Positions 1 through 10,553 of a stretch of DNA of 45,393 nt are shown here, one piece after another. The first letter of the stretch is position 1, and each line of letters opens with the position of its first letter. Under the pieces are notes generated by a model. It searched no databases, had not been told where the DNA came from, and saw only the letters and a program-made list of their open reading frames with translations. Made by a program: the position numbers and the translations under genes. Source of the DNA: an uncultured Candidatus Saccharibacteria bacterium (GTDB lineage: Bacteria > Patescibacteriota > CALEFQ01 > G965231055); NCBI GenBank assembly GCA_965231055.1, contig OZ246411.1:798500-843892 (forward strand). The letters run 5' to 3'.

Positions 1-428
1 GAACCTCGGAGCCTCAATCTTTTTTCAAGCTCCTGCATAGATGGAACTTTGATAAAAATAGTAGCCACTCTATCACCAAAAGCTTTTTTTACAGCTCGCA
101 TACCATTTACATCTATCTCCACCATGACTTTTTTATTTGCCGTAAAAGCTTTCTCGAATTCAGCTCTCGATGTTCCGTAGTAATTTCCATGAACATTCGC
201 CCATTCAAGCATTTCATCATTTTTAATTTTTTTTTCGAACTCCTCACAAGAAATAAAAATGTATTTCGCTTTATCTTGTAAAGATTCTTTTTGAGTTGTT
301 CTGGGAGCTCTAGTGGTTGTAGATCTTACGTAATGAAAAACCTCGGGATGCTTTTTTAGAAGCTCACCTATTAGGGTTCCCTTGCCAGCACCAGACTGAC
401 CAGAGATAACTATTATATCCTTATCCAT
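1..428 (-). CDS. gmk: Guanylate kinase (5' part; runs off window start)
   Basis: Not in ORF track. Manual translation from ATG 428: MDKDIIVISGQSGAGKGT (P-loop), STTTRAPR, LEWANVHGNYYGT. Confidence 0.93.
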   Translation of the reverse strand, partial: MDKDIIVISGQSGAGKGTLIGELLKKHPEVFHYVRSTTTRAPRTTQKESLQDKAKYIFISCEEFEKKIKNDEMLEWANVHGNYYGTSRAEFEKAFTANKKVMVEIDVNGMRAVKKAFGDRVATIFIKVPSMQELEKRLRLRG

Positions 429-437
429 TGGAAACAG

Positions 438-737
438 TTATTTTGTTATTATTTTTCCGTCCTTTATATGGGCTCCCGTTGATGATTTCATTGAAGACGA
501 ACATCTTCCATTAAATTCAACTGGATCAATTGGAATTCCCCGAGAAGATAATTGCTTCAATTTATCTGAATTTGTGATTTCGCATACACCCTTACAATCC
601 TTGTTATCCAAGCAGGCTTTTCCGGCATCATCAAAAGTATGAATAAAATACCACCAAACCCAGAATGCAAATACTGCAACCACAAAAACGATGACACATA
701 AAATAATAATACTATTTTTTTTACTTATGCTTTGCAT
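438..737 (-). CDS. Small membrane-anchored Cys-rich hypothetical protein
   Basis: N-terminal hydrophobic helix, then DAGKACLDNKDCKGVC...GRC; co-oriented between hisS and gmk. Confidence 0.7.
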   Translation of the reverse strand: MQSISKKNSIIILCVIVFVVAVFAFWVWWYFIHTFDDAGKACLDNKDCKGVCEITNSDKLKQLSSRGIPIDPVEFNGRCSSSMKSSTGAHIKDGKIITK

Positions 738-743
738 TTTTTA

Positions 744-2063
744 TTATTGCTTATTGAGTTCAATTCCGAGTCTTTTTTTAAGCTCTCTAACGAGTCTTTC
801 TTGTGGAATCACTTCCTGCACACCACTTTCCATATCACGCACAAGAATAGTTTCCTCTACTGCTTCTTTTTGACCCAAAATCAAAGTAATCTTGGCTCTC
901 ATTTTGTCTGCCATTTTTAGCTGAGACTTGATACTGTCTCTACCAAAAGACTCAACCACTTCGATTCCTTCTTTATATAGATCATCAAAAATCTTAAGAG
1001 CTTTTTTCTTGGCAAGATCTCCGAGCTGAGCCAAAAATATATTTGGTTTTTCTTTTTCTGGAATCTGAACTTTCTGCTCTTTCATGAGCCACATAATGCG
1101 CTCAAAGCCCAAAGCCATTCCAACTGCTGGAGTTGAGAGTCCACCCATGAGTTCAATCAGCCCATCATATCTTCCTCCACCGCCCAAAGACATAGATCCA
1201 CCTTTTTCTTCTGAGAAAAATTCAAAAACAGTTTTGGTGTAATAATCCAAACCTCTTACCAAAGTAGCATCGAGAGAATAAGGAATATTTAGTTCATCGA
1301 GAGCTTCCAAAACTTGTTTGAAGTGCTTTTTGCAAGATTCACACAAGTGATCAATTGACTGAGGAGCATTGGCGGCAAAACGTCTACATTTTTCTTCTTT
1401 GCAATCAAGAAGTCGCAATGGATTTTTCTGATATCTCCTCTTGCAATCTGCGCAAAGTTTATTTTTATGTGATTTGTAATAATCTTTGAGAATTTGTCTG
1501 TATTCAGGTCTACAATCAGGGCATCCAATACTATTTATATGTACAGATACTCCGTTTAGCTTTGCCCTTTCCAAAATCTTCCAACCAAGATGAATGACCT
1601 CAGCATCAATGATTGCTCTAGAATTTCCTATGACTTCTATATTGATCTGAGAAAACTGTCTAAATCTTCCTTCCTGAGGTCTATTGTACCTAAAAATAGG
1701 ACCCATGGAGTAAAGCTTGACCGGCTGTGGCCAGCTAGACATGCCGTGCTCTATATATGCCCTAGCTATGCCCGCTGTGTATTCTGGCCTCAATACCAAG
1801 TCTTCTCCGCCTTTTTTCGAGAGTGAGTACATTTCCTTTTCTACCACATCAGTTGCCTGCCCCATTCCTTTGATAAAAACGTCTTTGCATTCAACCAATG
1901 GAGATTCAAATCTTCCATATCTATATGGCTCAACGGTTGCCTTTACGACCGATCGAAGATATTCCCAAAACTTACTCTCTTCTGGAAGAATATCGTTCAT
2001 GCCTCGAGGGGCTTGAAATTTCATTTTTTTGCTTTTTTTAACTTCGGGTTGATTTGGCGTCAT
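744..2063 (-). CDS. hisS: Histidine--tRNA ligase
   Basis: PRGMNDILP, LRPEYTAGIAR, FRYNRPQEGRFRQF, LVRGLDYYT, GGGRYDGL. Confidence 0.97.
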   Translation of the reverse strand: MTPNQPEVKKSKKMKFQAPRGMNDILPEESKFWEYLRSVVKATVEPYRYGRFESPLVECKDVFIKGMGQATDVVEKEMYSLSKKGGEDLVLRPEYTAGIARAYIEHGMSSWPQPVKLYSMGPIFRYNRPQEGRFRQFSQINIEVIGNSRAIIDAEVIHLGWKILERAKLNGVSVHINSIGCPDCRPEYRQILKDYYKSHKNKLCADCKRRYQKNPLRLLDCKEEKCRRFAANAPQSIDHLCESCKKHFKQVLEALDELNIPYSLDATLVRGLDYYTKTVFEFFSEEKGGSMSLGGGGRYDGLIELMGGLSTPAVGMALGFERIMWLMKEQKVQIPEKEKPNIFLAQLGDLAKKKALKIFDDLYKEGIEVVESFGRDSIKSQLKMADKMRAKITLILGQKEAVEETILVRDMESGVQEVIPQERLVRELKKRLGIELNKQ

Positions 2064-2078
2064 TTGATAAAAAAATTA

Positions 2079-2771
2079 TTATTTAGAATTATTAGTGATA
2101 CTGGCTAGATAAATTGCGCTACGATGTATAAAACCCGAAAGATTGTATGAATGAGTAACATCCTCTATAAAACCAACTTTTTCTAAAGGCAACAATCTCA
2201 GCCAAGCTTTGCCAACTATATCCTTTTTATCTAGAGAGCCCCAAGTACGAGAGTCAGAGCTAGCATTTCTATTGTCTCCCATAACAAAATACTCATCTGG
2301 ACCAAGAGTAATCCTCGCTTCTCCTGGAGTTTTTTTGGAATTTTCTAAATAGGCATTTTCAACTAAATTTTTTCCTTCTGAATTATTTCCGTTGAAAATT
2401 GTTACTTTTCCGCCACTTACCTCTACGCGTTCACCTGGCATACCTATAATACGTTTAATAAAGTATTCACTTTGGTTTCCTTTATACCTAAAAACTACTA
2501 CTTCGCCCCGTTTTGGCTCCCTGATTTTATAGCTCATTTCATCGACAATAAGATAATCCTTGTCGCTGAAATTGGTTTCCATACTTTCGCCATTTACAAC
2601 AAATGGCTGTACCACAAAGTATCGCAAAGGAATTACAATAACTAAGGCAATAAGTATAATCTTGATAAACTCCCAAAAAAACACTCCGGTCTCATTTTCA
2701 TTTCTAATAAAATCTGCTTCGGGAGAAACAAATTGGCTATTTTCAGTTTTGTTTTTATTGAAAAACCACAT
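2079..2771 (-). CDS. lepB: Signal peptidase I (S26)
   Basis: TM helix then GESM (catalytic Ser), FIKRIIGMPG (catalytic Lys), GDNRNASSDSR. Confidence 0.95.
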   Translation of the reverse strand: MWFFNKNKTENSQFVSPEADFIRNENETGVFFWEFIKIILIALVIVIPLRYFVVQPFVVNGESMETNFSDKDYLIVDEMSYKIREPKRGEVVVFRYKGNQSEYFIKRIIGMPGERVEVSGGKVTIFNGNNSEGKNLVENAYLENSKKTPGEARITLGPDEYFVMGDNRNASSDSRTWGSLDKKDIVGKAWLRLLPLEKVGFIEDVTHSYNLSGFIHRSAIYLASITNNSK

Positions 2772-2900
2772 AAAGATTAAATTTATGATAAGAGTATGCC
2801 ATATTTTTTGGAAGAAATCAATCTATTTTTTTATTTAATCCGAAGTTTCAAAAATTATCTTGTGTTAGCTGAAAACAAGAATAAATCAGAAAACTCGCGC

Positions 2901-2929
2901 TTGACCAAACTAAACAAGAAATGTAAAAT
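2901..2929 (+). promoter_or_regulatory. Sigma70-like promoter for LCP gene
   Basis: TTGACC-N17-TAAAAT. Confidence 0.6.
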
Positions 2930-2951
2930 AATACCACCTTAATCTTCCAAT

Positions 2952-4556
2952 ATGACAAGGCATAGCTTTGACGGAATTATAAAAATCAAAACCAAAAAAA
3001 ATCTTTTTTCTATAAAAAAAGAAGTTGTAAATGAACCCAAGATTCATGAGCTTTACGATAAACCAAAAACACCTAGAAACAAACTAATTATCGCAAAACA
3101 AAAAGCAGAAAAGCTCATAGAAAAAAGTAAGCCGCTAAAACTACACGCCAAGGAGCCTAAAAAGAAATTTTTTACACTAAAGAAAAATATTATCTTTGCT
3201 GTAATAATTGTTTTGGCTGTTGTGGGCACTCTTTTTTGGAAAGCACTGAGTACTGGTGCAAACATATTTGATGACGGAGGATCTCCTATAAGAAAGATAA
3301 CTCAAATGCTAACAAATCAAGAAACTCCCGTGCTCGGAGAGAGCGAAGATGAAATAGACATATTATTGCTTGGAATAGGAGGAGAAGATCATCCAGGAGC
3401 AGAGCTAACAGATACCAACCTCATATTATCAATAAAGCCATCTGAGAAAAAAATGTCTTTGGTATCTATTCCCAGAGACATGTATGTACAAATTCCAGAT
3501 TCAAATGAATATTCAAGAATAAACAAATTAAACTACCTAGGAAGTCTAGAAAACCAAGACGATCCAAACTCTGGACCAGCACTCACCAAAAAGTCTGTAG
3601 AAAATATTACAGGTATTAGCATTGAATACTTTGTAAAACTTGATTTTGATGGATTTAGGGAGGTAATAGATGCGCTAGGAGGAGTTGAAATTGATGTTCC
3701 AAACAGCTTCATAGATACTGAGTATCCTCTCGGAATTGGCTACCAGACAGTTGAATTTGAAAAGGGGCTCCAAGTTATGGACGGAGAAACTGCGCTCAAA
3801 TTCGCGCGATCCAGAAAAGGATACACCACAGATAATAGTGGAGTCGTAGAAGGCACTGACTTTGCCAGAAGCAGAAGACAGCAACTCGTGATAATGGCAG
3901 CAAAAGAAAAAGCGATGTCTTTGGGAGTACTTGCCAATCCCACAAAATTAAATCAAGTATTCTCAGCACTTGATAAGCATATAGTAACGGATATGGAACT
4001 CTGGGAAGCTTTCCGAATTATTTCTCTTATCAAGGAAAATGGAGAAACCAATATCATCAACAAAGTTATAAGCTCAGAAAACTTGCTCAAGCCCTACTCC
4101 ACTCCAGATGGTGCATCACTTCTCATACCCACAAATGGAATAATCGCTTATGACGAAATTAAACAATATATAACTGATAGATTTAGTGAGGAAGAAAAAA
4201 TCGCATCAGAAGAATTGGCAAACAAGGAAAACGATGCACAACCAGCAGAAACCAGCGAGCCAGAAACTGCTACCATAGAAATCAGAAACGGAACAAGTGT
4301 CACGGGACTAGCTCAAAGAACATCGACTACACTTAAAAATCAAGAGCTTGATGTGAAAAAAATCGGAAACGCAGATAATTTTGGATATGGATCAACACTG
4401 ATATATGATTTGAGCGAAGGAAAAAATCCAAACACCATTTCTGATCTTGAAAGTTTCTTCGGAATAAGCAAGCAAGAAAATGTACCCACCTCAATTTCAA
4501 GCGATTACGATATTGTGGTAATAGTTGGAAGTGACTTTGCTCAAAAGTCTAATTAA
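2952..4556 (+). CDS. LytR-CpsA-Psr (LCP) family protein with C-terminal LytR_C domain
   Basis: TM helix; ILLLG, LTDT, SIPRD, ARSR, DFARSRRQQ; C-terminal IRNGT...GLA...DIVVIVGSD. Confidence 0.92.
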   Translation: MTRHSFDGIIKIKTKKNLFSIKKEVVNEPKIHELYDKPKTPRNKLIIAKQKAEKLIEKSKPLKLHAKEPKKKFFTLKKNIIFAVIIVLAVVGTLFWKALSTGANIFDDGGSPIRKITQMLTNQETPVLGESEDEIDILLLGIGGEDHPGAELTDTNLILSIKPSEKKMSLVSIPRDMYVQIPDSNEYSRINKLNYLGSLENQDDPNSGPALTKKSVENITGISIEYFVKLDFDGFREVIDALGGVEIDVPNSFIDTEYPLGIGYQTVEFEKGLQVMDGETALKFARSRKGYTTDNSGVVEGTDFARSRRQQLVIMAAKEKAMSLGVLANPTKLNQVFSALDKHIVTDMELWEAFRIISLIKENGETNIINKVISSENLLKPYSTPDGASLLIPTNGIIAYDEIKQYITDRFSEEEKIASEELANKENDAQPAETSEPETATIEIRNGTSVTGLAQRTSTTLKNQELDVKKIGNADNFGYGSTLIYDLSEGKNPNTISDLESFFGISKQENVPTSISSDYDIVVIVGSDFAQKSN

Positions 4557-4569
4557 TTCACCACAAAAA

Positions 4570-5127
4570 ATGAAAATCCAAGACAGAGAAATAAAACTAA
4601 TAATCGGTCTCGGCAATCCGGGTTCAAGGTTTTTAAATACAAGACACAATATAGGCACAGAGTTCGCAACACTCTTATCTCACGAACTTCAGAAAAAGGA
4701 AAAACCCAGAAAAGCTAATTTAAATTTTTCACATTTGAGAATCTTTGGCGATATCTCAATTGTTTTTCCAGCTGTATATATGAACGAATCAGGTAAAGCC
4801 ATAGCAGAGGCCATGGACGCTACCAAAGCAAAACCCAACGAAATTTTGGTTATTCATGATGATCTAGAGACTTTGTGCGGAAAATGGAAATTCAAAAAAG
4901 AAGGGTCGGCGTCAGGACACAATGGACTAAAATCCACCATTGAACACCTTAAAACTGATGATTTCATGAGACTTAAAATAGGAGTTGGGAGGCCAGAATC
5001 CCATGACGCAGAAGTCATTTCAAAATATGTACTATCAAAAATCCCAAACAACGAAATGCAAAAAATAGAACAAGCTCTTCGCGAAGCATACGAAACATTA
5101 TCAAGAGACATTGACGCGAAAATTTGA
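4570..5127 (+). CDS. pth: Peptidyl-tRNA hydrolase
   Basis: LIIGLGNPG, TRHNIG, YMNESG, HDDLE, GHNGLKS; ATG 4570 preferred over the overlapping TTG 4525. Confidence 0.95.
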   Translation: MKIQDREIKLIIGLGNPGSRFLNTRHNIGTEFATLLSHELQKKEKPRKANLNFSHLRIFGDISIVFPAVYMNESGKAIAEAMDATKAKPNEILVIHDDLETLCGKWKFKKEGSASGHNGLKSTIEHLKTDDFMRLKIGVGRPESHDAEVISKYVLSKIPNNEMQKIEQALREAYETLSRDIDAKI

Positions 5128-5175
5128 TAATGCTAATTTCAATACACCGAAAACGAAATAAGTAGAACCAATACC

Positions 5176-8100
5176 GTGAATGTTATATCCAGAGTAACGG
5201 AAAATGCTATTCCGTATTTCATGATCAAGACCCCCCTCATCAAATCAAATGGGGCGATTTTTTGTTGCGTAAATGATCCAAAAACTTTTGCAAAGCAACT
5301 CGCTCTTTGGCAAAAAACCTTAAAAGCAAAAAAAGAACACAAAAACATAGTTTTATTAGCACCTCCAATATCTATTGAAAAGCTTCTCGGTATACAAAGT
5401 GGCGATTTGGTTTTGTTTAGCTATGAGACTTTATCAAGCAATGCTCCCACAAAAAAACATATAGAAAAAAGCTCCCTCCTACTAACAAAAAATCAAATCA
5501 TTAAAAAAGACGAGTTAATGGCAAATTTGGATAAAATGGGGTATGAGATTTCGGATTTTCCGTATTTCGAAGGACACTTTGCAAAACGAGGAGGTACAAT
5601 CTTGGTTCACATAGTCGGTTCAGACAAAATCACGTACATAGATTTTTTTGGAGATCAAATTGATAAAATTTCAGAAGCTAGCAATAGCTCCTCCGTGAAA
5701 AACAAAAAAGAAAGTGCTATCATGGCTCCTCGCAAACTAAAATCAAACACCACGCTAAGTGATTTCATTGAATCCAATCAGGACAGCATTTTTGTCGCTA
5801 CACAAAAAGAAAAAACTATTCTTCCCAAAATAAAACCAGAAAACCTGATCGTGTTTGATTATCTTGCGAATACGAAAACAAAAAATCATGCGAAAAAAAT
5901 CGCACTCTATATAAACAAACTTTTTTTGCTCAAAAAGGATATAGAAAAAGCTAAAGAAATTATTATTTTTAGCAAACTAGATCGCAATGAATTTATCAAA
6001 AGGACTGGCATAAAAACTGACAATAAAGTAATAAGTTTTTTCAAAGAAAGTGAGCTGGACTTCCCTATTGGTTTTTTTGATATAGAAAATGAAAAACTAA
6101 TAATAAGCGACTTCGAAATCTTCAAACAAGACGAAGAAACGAGCAAGAAGCCTAAAAAAATCGACCAAGCTTTTATATCTTCCTTGCATGCTGGAGACTT
6201 TGTTACCCACATAGACCATGGAATAGGTAGATTTCTGGGAATCCAAAAACAAACCGTAAATAAAATAGAAAAGGAATATTTCGCCATAGAATATGCCCAA
6301 AAGGACATGCTTTTCGTACCAATAGAATATGCGGAAAAAATAGACAAATACATGGGAAGTGAAAATCCTCCTATCCACAGACTAAGTAGCGCCTCCTGGA
6401 ATCAGACCAAACGCAAGATCAAAGAGCAAATGAGAGATATAGCCCAGAAGCTCCTTTCGCTTTATGCAAAAAGAGAGACGCAAAAAGGTTTTGTGTTTGA
6501 AAAAGACAACGAAGCACAAATAGAACTGGAAAATTCTTTTCCATATGAAGATACTCCAGATCAGGCGAAGGCTACCGCAGAAATAAAAGAAGACATGGAA
6601 AATGAAGCTCCGATGGATAGAGTACTCATTGGAGATGTAGGATTTGGAAAAACTGAGATAGCCATAAGAGCAAGTTTCAAGGCCGCACTCTCCGGAAAAC
6701 AAGTAGCCATACTCTGCCCCACTACAATACTAGCAGAACAACATTTTGAAACATTCAAAAGAAGAATGAAACCTTTCTTGGGAAATATTGTGAAAATTGA
6801 CTATCTCAGCAGATTCAAAAATCAAAAAGAACAAAAACACACTGTGGAACAACTTTCATTGGGAAATATAAATATAATCATAGGAACACACAGACTATTG
6901 TCAAAAGATATAAAATTTATAAATCTGGGACTTGTGATAATAGATGAAGAACAAAGATTTGGAGTTGAACACAAAGAAAGACTTAAAGAAATAAAAACAG
7001 ATGCGGATATTCTTTCTCTCTCAGCGACTCCTATACCACGCACTCTAAATCTGGCCCTATCCGGAATCAGAGCGATAAGCACACTTCAAACTCCGCCACC
7101 AGGCAGAATGCCAATAGAAACCATCATAGAATCTTTTAACGAGGAAATAGAAATAGATGCAATACAAAAAGAAATCAAAAGAGGAGGGCAAGTGTATTAT
7201 GTTTACAACAAGGTTGCTTCAATAGATTTTTTCGCTAGCAACCTAAGAGAAAAACTAAAAAATGTAAGAATTGCCGTAGCCCATGGGCAGCTTCCAGAAA
7301 AAGAGCTTGAAGCTGTTATGAATGATTTTTATCATCATAAATATGATGTACTCGTGTCTTCCACGATTATTGAAAATGGATTGGACATACCAAATGTAAA
7401 CACGCTCCTGGTTTACGATTCCACGAAATTTGGACTTTCTCAGCTTTATCAGATAAGGGGAAGAATAGGAAGAAGCCATGAAAAAGCATACGCCTATTTC
7501 TTTTATCAAACACAGAAAATGAAAGGTGTGGCCAAGGAAAGACTCGAAGCACTTTTAGAAGCCAAAGAACTCGGATCTGGATTTGAAATAGCCATGCGAG
7601 ACTTAGAAATACGAGGAGCAGGCAATGTGCTCGGAAGAGAACAGCACGGCAATATCAATGCCATAGGACTTTCTCTTTATTCAAGACTACTAAATCAGAC
7701 CATAGAAGAAATAAGAACTGGCAAAACCAGTGAACCAAGAACAGATGCCAAAATTGAACTTTCCATACCCGCAATTCTTCCAAAAGAAAAATTTGCATCT
7801 GAATCAGAACGCATGAGGTGCTATCAGCTACTTGGAAACTGCGAAACAGAAACAGAAATGAGGGAAACCCTAAGCCAATTTTCAAATCCTCCTTACGATG
7901 AGTCGATAGAAAATCTCATTTACTTGCTTAAACTAAAAATTGAAGCAAGTAGACTAAGAATACTAAATATAGAACAAAAAACTATAAGACCAATCGGAAA
8001 AGAGCGGATCGAAAAAATCTATATTACTTTTTTCGAACTATCCGATGAATTATTCTATGAAATTATAAAAAAATATAATTTTGTAGAAAAAGATGGAAAC

Positions 8101-8223
8101 ACCATCAAGATAGAATCAATCAAACTTGGAGAAAAATGGAAAGATGAATTTTTGAACCTAATTATTTCAATCAGAAATTTCCAACAAAATTTATCAAAAC
8201 AAAAACCTTCCGCTACTTTTTAA
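5176..8223 (+). CDS. mfd: Transcription-repair coupling factor
   Basis: RID (GDFVTHIDHGIGRF), GDVGFGKTE, DEEQRFGV, SATPIPRTL, QIRGRIGR, RDLEIRGAGN; N-terminus short and divergent. Confidence 0.95.
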   Translation: MNVISRVTENAIPYFMIKTPLIKSNGAIFCCVNDPKTFAKQLALWQKTLKAKKEHKNIVLLAPPISIEKLLGIQSGDLVLFSYETLSSNAPTKKHIEKSSLLLTKNQIIKKDELMANLDKMGYEISDFPYFEGHFAKRGGTILVHIVGSDKITYIDFFGDQIDKISEASNSSSVKNKKESAIMAPRKLKSNTTLSDFIESNQDSIFVATQKEKTILPKIKPENLIVFDYLANTKTKNHAKKIALYINKLFLLKKDIEKAKEIIIFSKLDRNEFIKRTGIKTDNKVISFFKESELDFPIGFFDIENEKLIISDFEIFKQDEETSKKPKKIDQAFISSLHAGDFVTHIDHGIGRFLGIQKQTVNKIEKEYFAIEYAQKDMLFVPIEYAEKIDKYMGSENPPIHRLSSASWNQTKRKIKEQMRDIAQKLLSLYAKRETQKGFVFEKDNEAQIELENSFPYEDTPDQAKATAEIKEDMENEAPMDRVLIGDVGFGKTEIAIRASFKAALSGKQVAILCPTTILAEQHFETFKRRMKPFLGNIVKIDYLSRFKNQKEQKHTVEQLSLGNINIIIGTHRLLSKDIKFINLGLVIIDEEQRFGVEHKERLKEIKTDADILSLSATPIPRTLNLALSGIRAISTLQTPPPGRMPIETIIESFNEEIEIDAIQKEIKRGGQVYYVYNKVASIDFFASNLREKLKNVRIAVAHGQLPEKELEAVMNDFYHHKYDVLVSSTIIENGLDIPNVNTLLVYDSTKFGLSQLYQIRGRIGRSHEKAYAYFFYQTQKMKGVAKERLEALLEAKELGSGFEIAMRDLEIRGAGNVLGREQHGNINAIGLSLYSRLLNQTIEEIRTGKTSEPRTDAKIELSIPAILPKEKFASESERMRCYQLLGNCETETEMRETLSQFSNPPYDESIENLIYLLKLKIEASRLRILNIEQKTIRPIGKERIEKIYITFFELSDELFYEIIKKYNFVEKDGNTIKIESIKLGEKWKDEFLNLIISIRNFQQNLSKQKPSATF

Positions 8224-8239
8224 TTTCACGGAAGGTCAC

Positions 8240-8836
8240 CTAAAGAACCCTGTAAGCCAAAAATTTGAGATTTTGTGGCCAGATTTTGTTTCTGTTTTTT
8301 TCCGAAACAGAAATATGCCAATCCACAAAAGCAGGATGGTGTCCCGGAAGCGCAGGAAGTCTCTCCTCAAAATAGATAAGTGCGGCGCAAATATCACTAT
8401 TGTCGCCCAACACCACGATTGGAGAAACCTGCCTATCCAAATCCCAAAAAAGAGCCTGAGCTATTGTCGAAACAATAAACCCAGATTCCCGAATAAGCTT
8501 TTCGATAATTTCCAGGTTTATCTCTGAAACAGAAATAAACTGAAAAACAGCAAACTCGATAAGCTCATCGGGAAAAAGCTGACAATTGAATGATGAAAAG
8601 CGATCAGGCCCCACTCCATTTGCCTTAAAATTGCTCGCAAAATTGAGCATCGCATTTCCATAGACAACTTTTTTTTGACCAGAGATTGTATAGCTTGAAA
8701 CCATTTTACATCTCGGCCAAACCTTTTGCATCATCTCTTGCCTAAGTCTCGCTGAAACCCAAGGCGATTTGTATTTCGACCGAAGAGTATCTTTAATAAT
8801 CTGCCCCACCAGCTTTCCCTCAACTATTTTTGACAT
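8240..8836 (-). CDS. Hypothetical (orphan) protein
   Basis: 198-aa ORF with strong SD (AGAGGAGGGG) before ATG and an upstream TGc-TAGTTT -10. Confidence 0.7.
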   Translation of the reverse strand: MSKIVEGKLVGQIIKDTLRSKYKSPWVSARLRQEMMQKVWPRCKMVSSYTISGQKKVVYGNAMLNFASNFKANGVGPDRFSSFNCQLFPDELIEFAVFQFISVSEINLEIIEKLIRESGFIVSTIAQALFWDLDRQVSPIVVLGDNSDICAALIYFEERLPALPGHHPAFVDWHISVSEKNRNKIWPQNLKFLAYRVL

Positions 8837-8915
8837 AACCCCTCCTCTCTAAAGTTGACTCAAAACTAGCATAAAAACAATTATCTATAAATATAATTTA
8901 TCCCCAGAATAAAAC

Positions 8916-8976
8916 CGCCCTCCCCGAAGACAGTATATAATTAGCTAACAAATCATATACTGTTGCTTAGGGAGGG
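8916..8976 (-). terminator. Long imperfect hairpin, likely terminator of 8996-9304
   Basis: CCCTCCC..ACAGTATAT / ATATACTGT..GGGAGGG inverted repeat followed by TTTTATT on minus strand. Confidence 0.55.
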
Positions 8977-8995
8977 ACATCAAAAGAACTCGGCA

Positions 8996-9304
8996 TTAAG
9001 TCACTGGCATATCGCTCGGGCTAGTAATCAGTATCGCCTTCATCTCAGTATTGTAAGCACAATCCTCGACAGAAGACGCCAATCTCATTTCACCAGTAGG
9101 CAATAGCCATGATTTTGCGAATGCCGCCTGTCGACCACACTTTGGACAGGTAGTGTTTGGGACACGTTGTTTACTTGAATGATTCAAGATCGTCTTGGTA
9201 CGAGAAATTTCCTTGCAGTATCTGCATCTGTGGCTTCTTCCTTGCTTAGTTGAGACACCACAATCTTCGAACTCAGTACCTTCAAAAAGATCGGGAGTAC
9301 ACAT
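8996..9304 (-). CDS. Hypothetical zinc-ribbon protein
   Basis: CRYC...CPKC pairs; SD GGAAGGAGGT; TTGATT-N17-TATTGT upstream. Confidence 0.7.
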   Translation of the reverse strand: MCTPDLFEGTEFEDCGVSTKQGRSHRCRYCKEISRTKTILNHSSKQRVPNTTCPKCGRQAAFAKSWLLPTGEMRLASSVEDCAYNTEMKAILITSPSDMPVT

Positions 9305-9457
9305 ATCGACCTCCTTCCGATATCGATGTTAATCTGACTGCTTATACAATAGAACTCCATTTAAAAAAAATCAAGCCTTGATATAAAAATAGTTTTTAGT
9401 ATAATAAATGCATAACCCCCTCCCAAAAGAGGGATTTTTTATTTATTAAACTTTTTT

Positions 9458-10543
9458 ATGAAAAATGAGGAAATAGTATTTTTGCATGCGCTAAACCTTG
9501 TTCCGTGGCTTGGTCCTGTAAATCTATTGAAATTAATAAAGCTTTTCGGAGGCGCAGAAAATATATGGAAAAACTTTTTAAAAACAGATGTTAGCATCCC
9601 GGATAAACTCAAAAGCTCTATATCAGAATATATAACAAAAACAGATCCCATCAAATGCTTTGATAAAATTCCACATTACATAAAACTTTGCTCGTATTAT
9701 GATAAAAATTATTCGCCCCTACTAAAACAAATTTATGCTCCCCCACTCATACTCTATTACAGAGGAGATATTTCCATACTTTTAACTAAAAGAATAATTG
9801 GCGTAGTGGGTACGCGCAAAGCATCAAGCTATGGCAAAAAAGTTTGTAGAGAGCTAATAACCGAACTAGCTCAAAACAATATCGCAATAACTAGTGGAAT
9901 GGCGATGGGAATAGATACTATAGCTCATGAATCCTGTATTCAAACCGGTGGCAAAACTATCGCTGTGCTTGGAGGAGGAATAGATGAAGCATCAATTCAT
10001 CCCCGATGCAACATGAGACTCGCGCATAATATTATAGAAAAGGGATTGATGATCTCTGAGTTTCCACCATTTACGGAAGCCAGCAAATTCAACTTTCCAA
10101 GAAGAAATAGAATAATAAGCGGAGTTTCGAGAGGTGTAATGGTAGCGGAGGCGCCAGAAAAAAGTGGAGCTTTGATTACTGCCAATTTTGCACTAGAACA
10201 AAATAGAGATGTATTTGCTATTCCGGGAGATATATCGCGAGAATCGTCTATGGGATGCAATAATCTCATAAAACAAGGCGCGATATTGGCTAGCAGTTAT
10301 AAGGATGTATGTATTAACTATGGATGGAATATGAAATGTCAAAATAGTACATTTATAGAGCAGAATTTGGATAAAGAAGAAAAACTTGTTTTAAATATAT
10401 TGGAAGAATCTGAAATGTATTTTGATGAAATCCAAATTCGCTCAAAACTTGACACAAAAAAATTGTCGAGTAAACTTACGGGCATGGAAATCAAAGGATT
10501 AGTAAAAAAAGAGGCTAACGGAAAATTTCAAATTCAAATCTAA
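9458..10543 (+). CDS. dprA: DNA-processing protein DprA
   Basis: VVGTR, TSGMAMGID, AVLGGG, FPRRNRIISG, SGALITA, C-terminal winged helix; next to topA. Confidence 0.96.
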   Translation: MKNEEIVFLHALNLVPWLGPVNLLKLIKLFGGAENIWKNFLKTDVSIPDKLKSSISEYITKTDPIKCFDKIPHYIKLCSYYDKNYSPLLKQIYAPPLILYYRGDISILLTKRIIGVVGTRKASSYGKKVCRELITELAQNNIAITSGMAMGIDTIAHESCIQTGGKTIAVLGGGIDEASIHPRCNMRLAHNIIEKGLMISEFPPFTEASKFNFPRRNRIISGVSRGVMVAEAPEKSGALITANFALEQNRDVFAIPGDISRESSMGCNNLIKQGAILASSYKDVCINYGWNMKCQNSTFIEQNLDKEEKLVLNILEESEMYFDEIQIRSKLDTKKLSSKLTGMEIKGLVKKEANGKFQIQI

Positions 10544-10553
10544 TAATTTTTTT

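Noticed and set aside
5130-5176. Frameshifted mfd start (ATG 5130 in another frame)
   Set aside because: The region fits a TTGACG-N17-TAATTT promoter ahead of the GTG start, so no frameshift is needed.
9400-9457. Leader peptide/attenuator before dprA (ATG 9408, CCCTC/GAGGG hairpin)
   Set aside because: The ATG lies only 2 nt after TATAAT, so probably upstream of the TSS, and the stem is only 5 bp.
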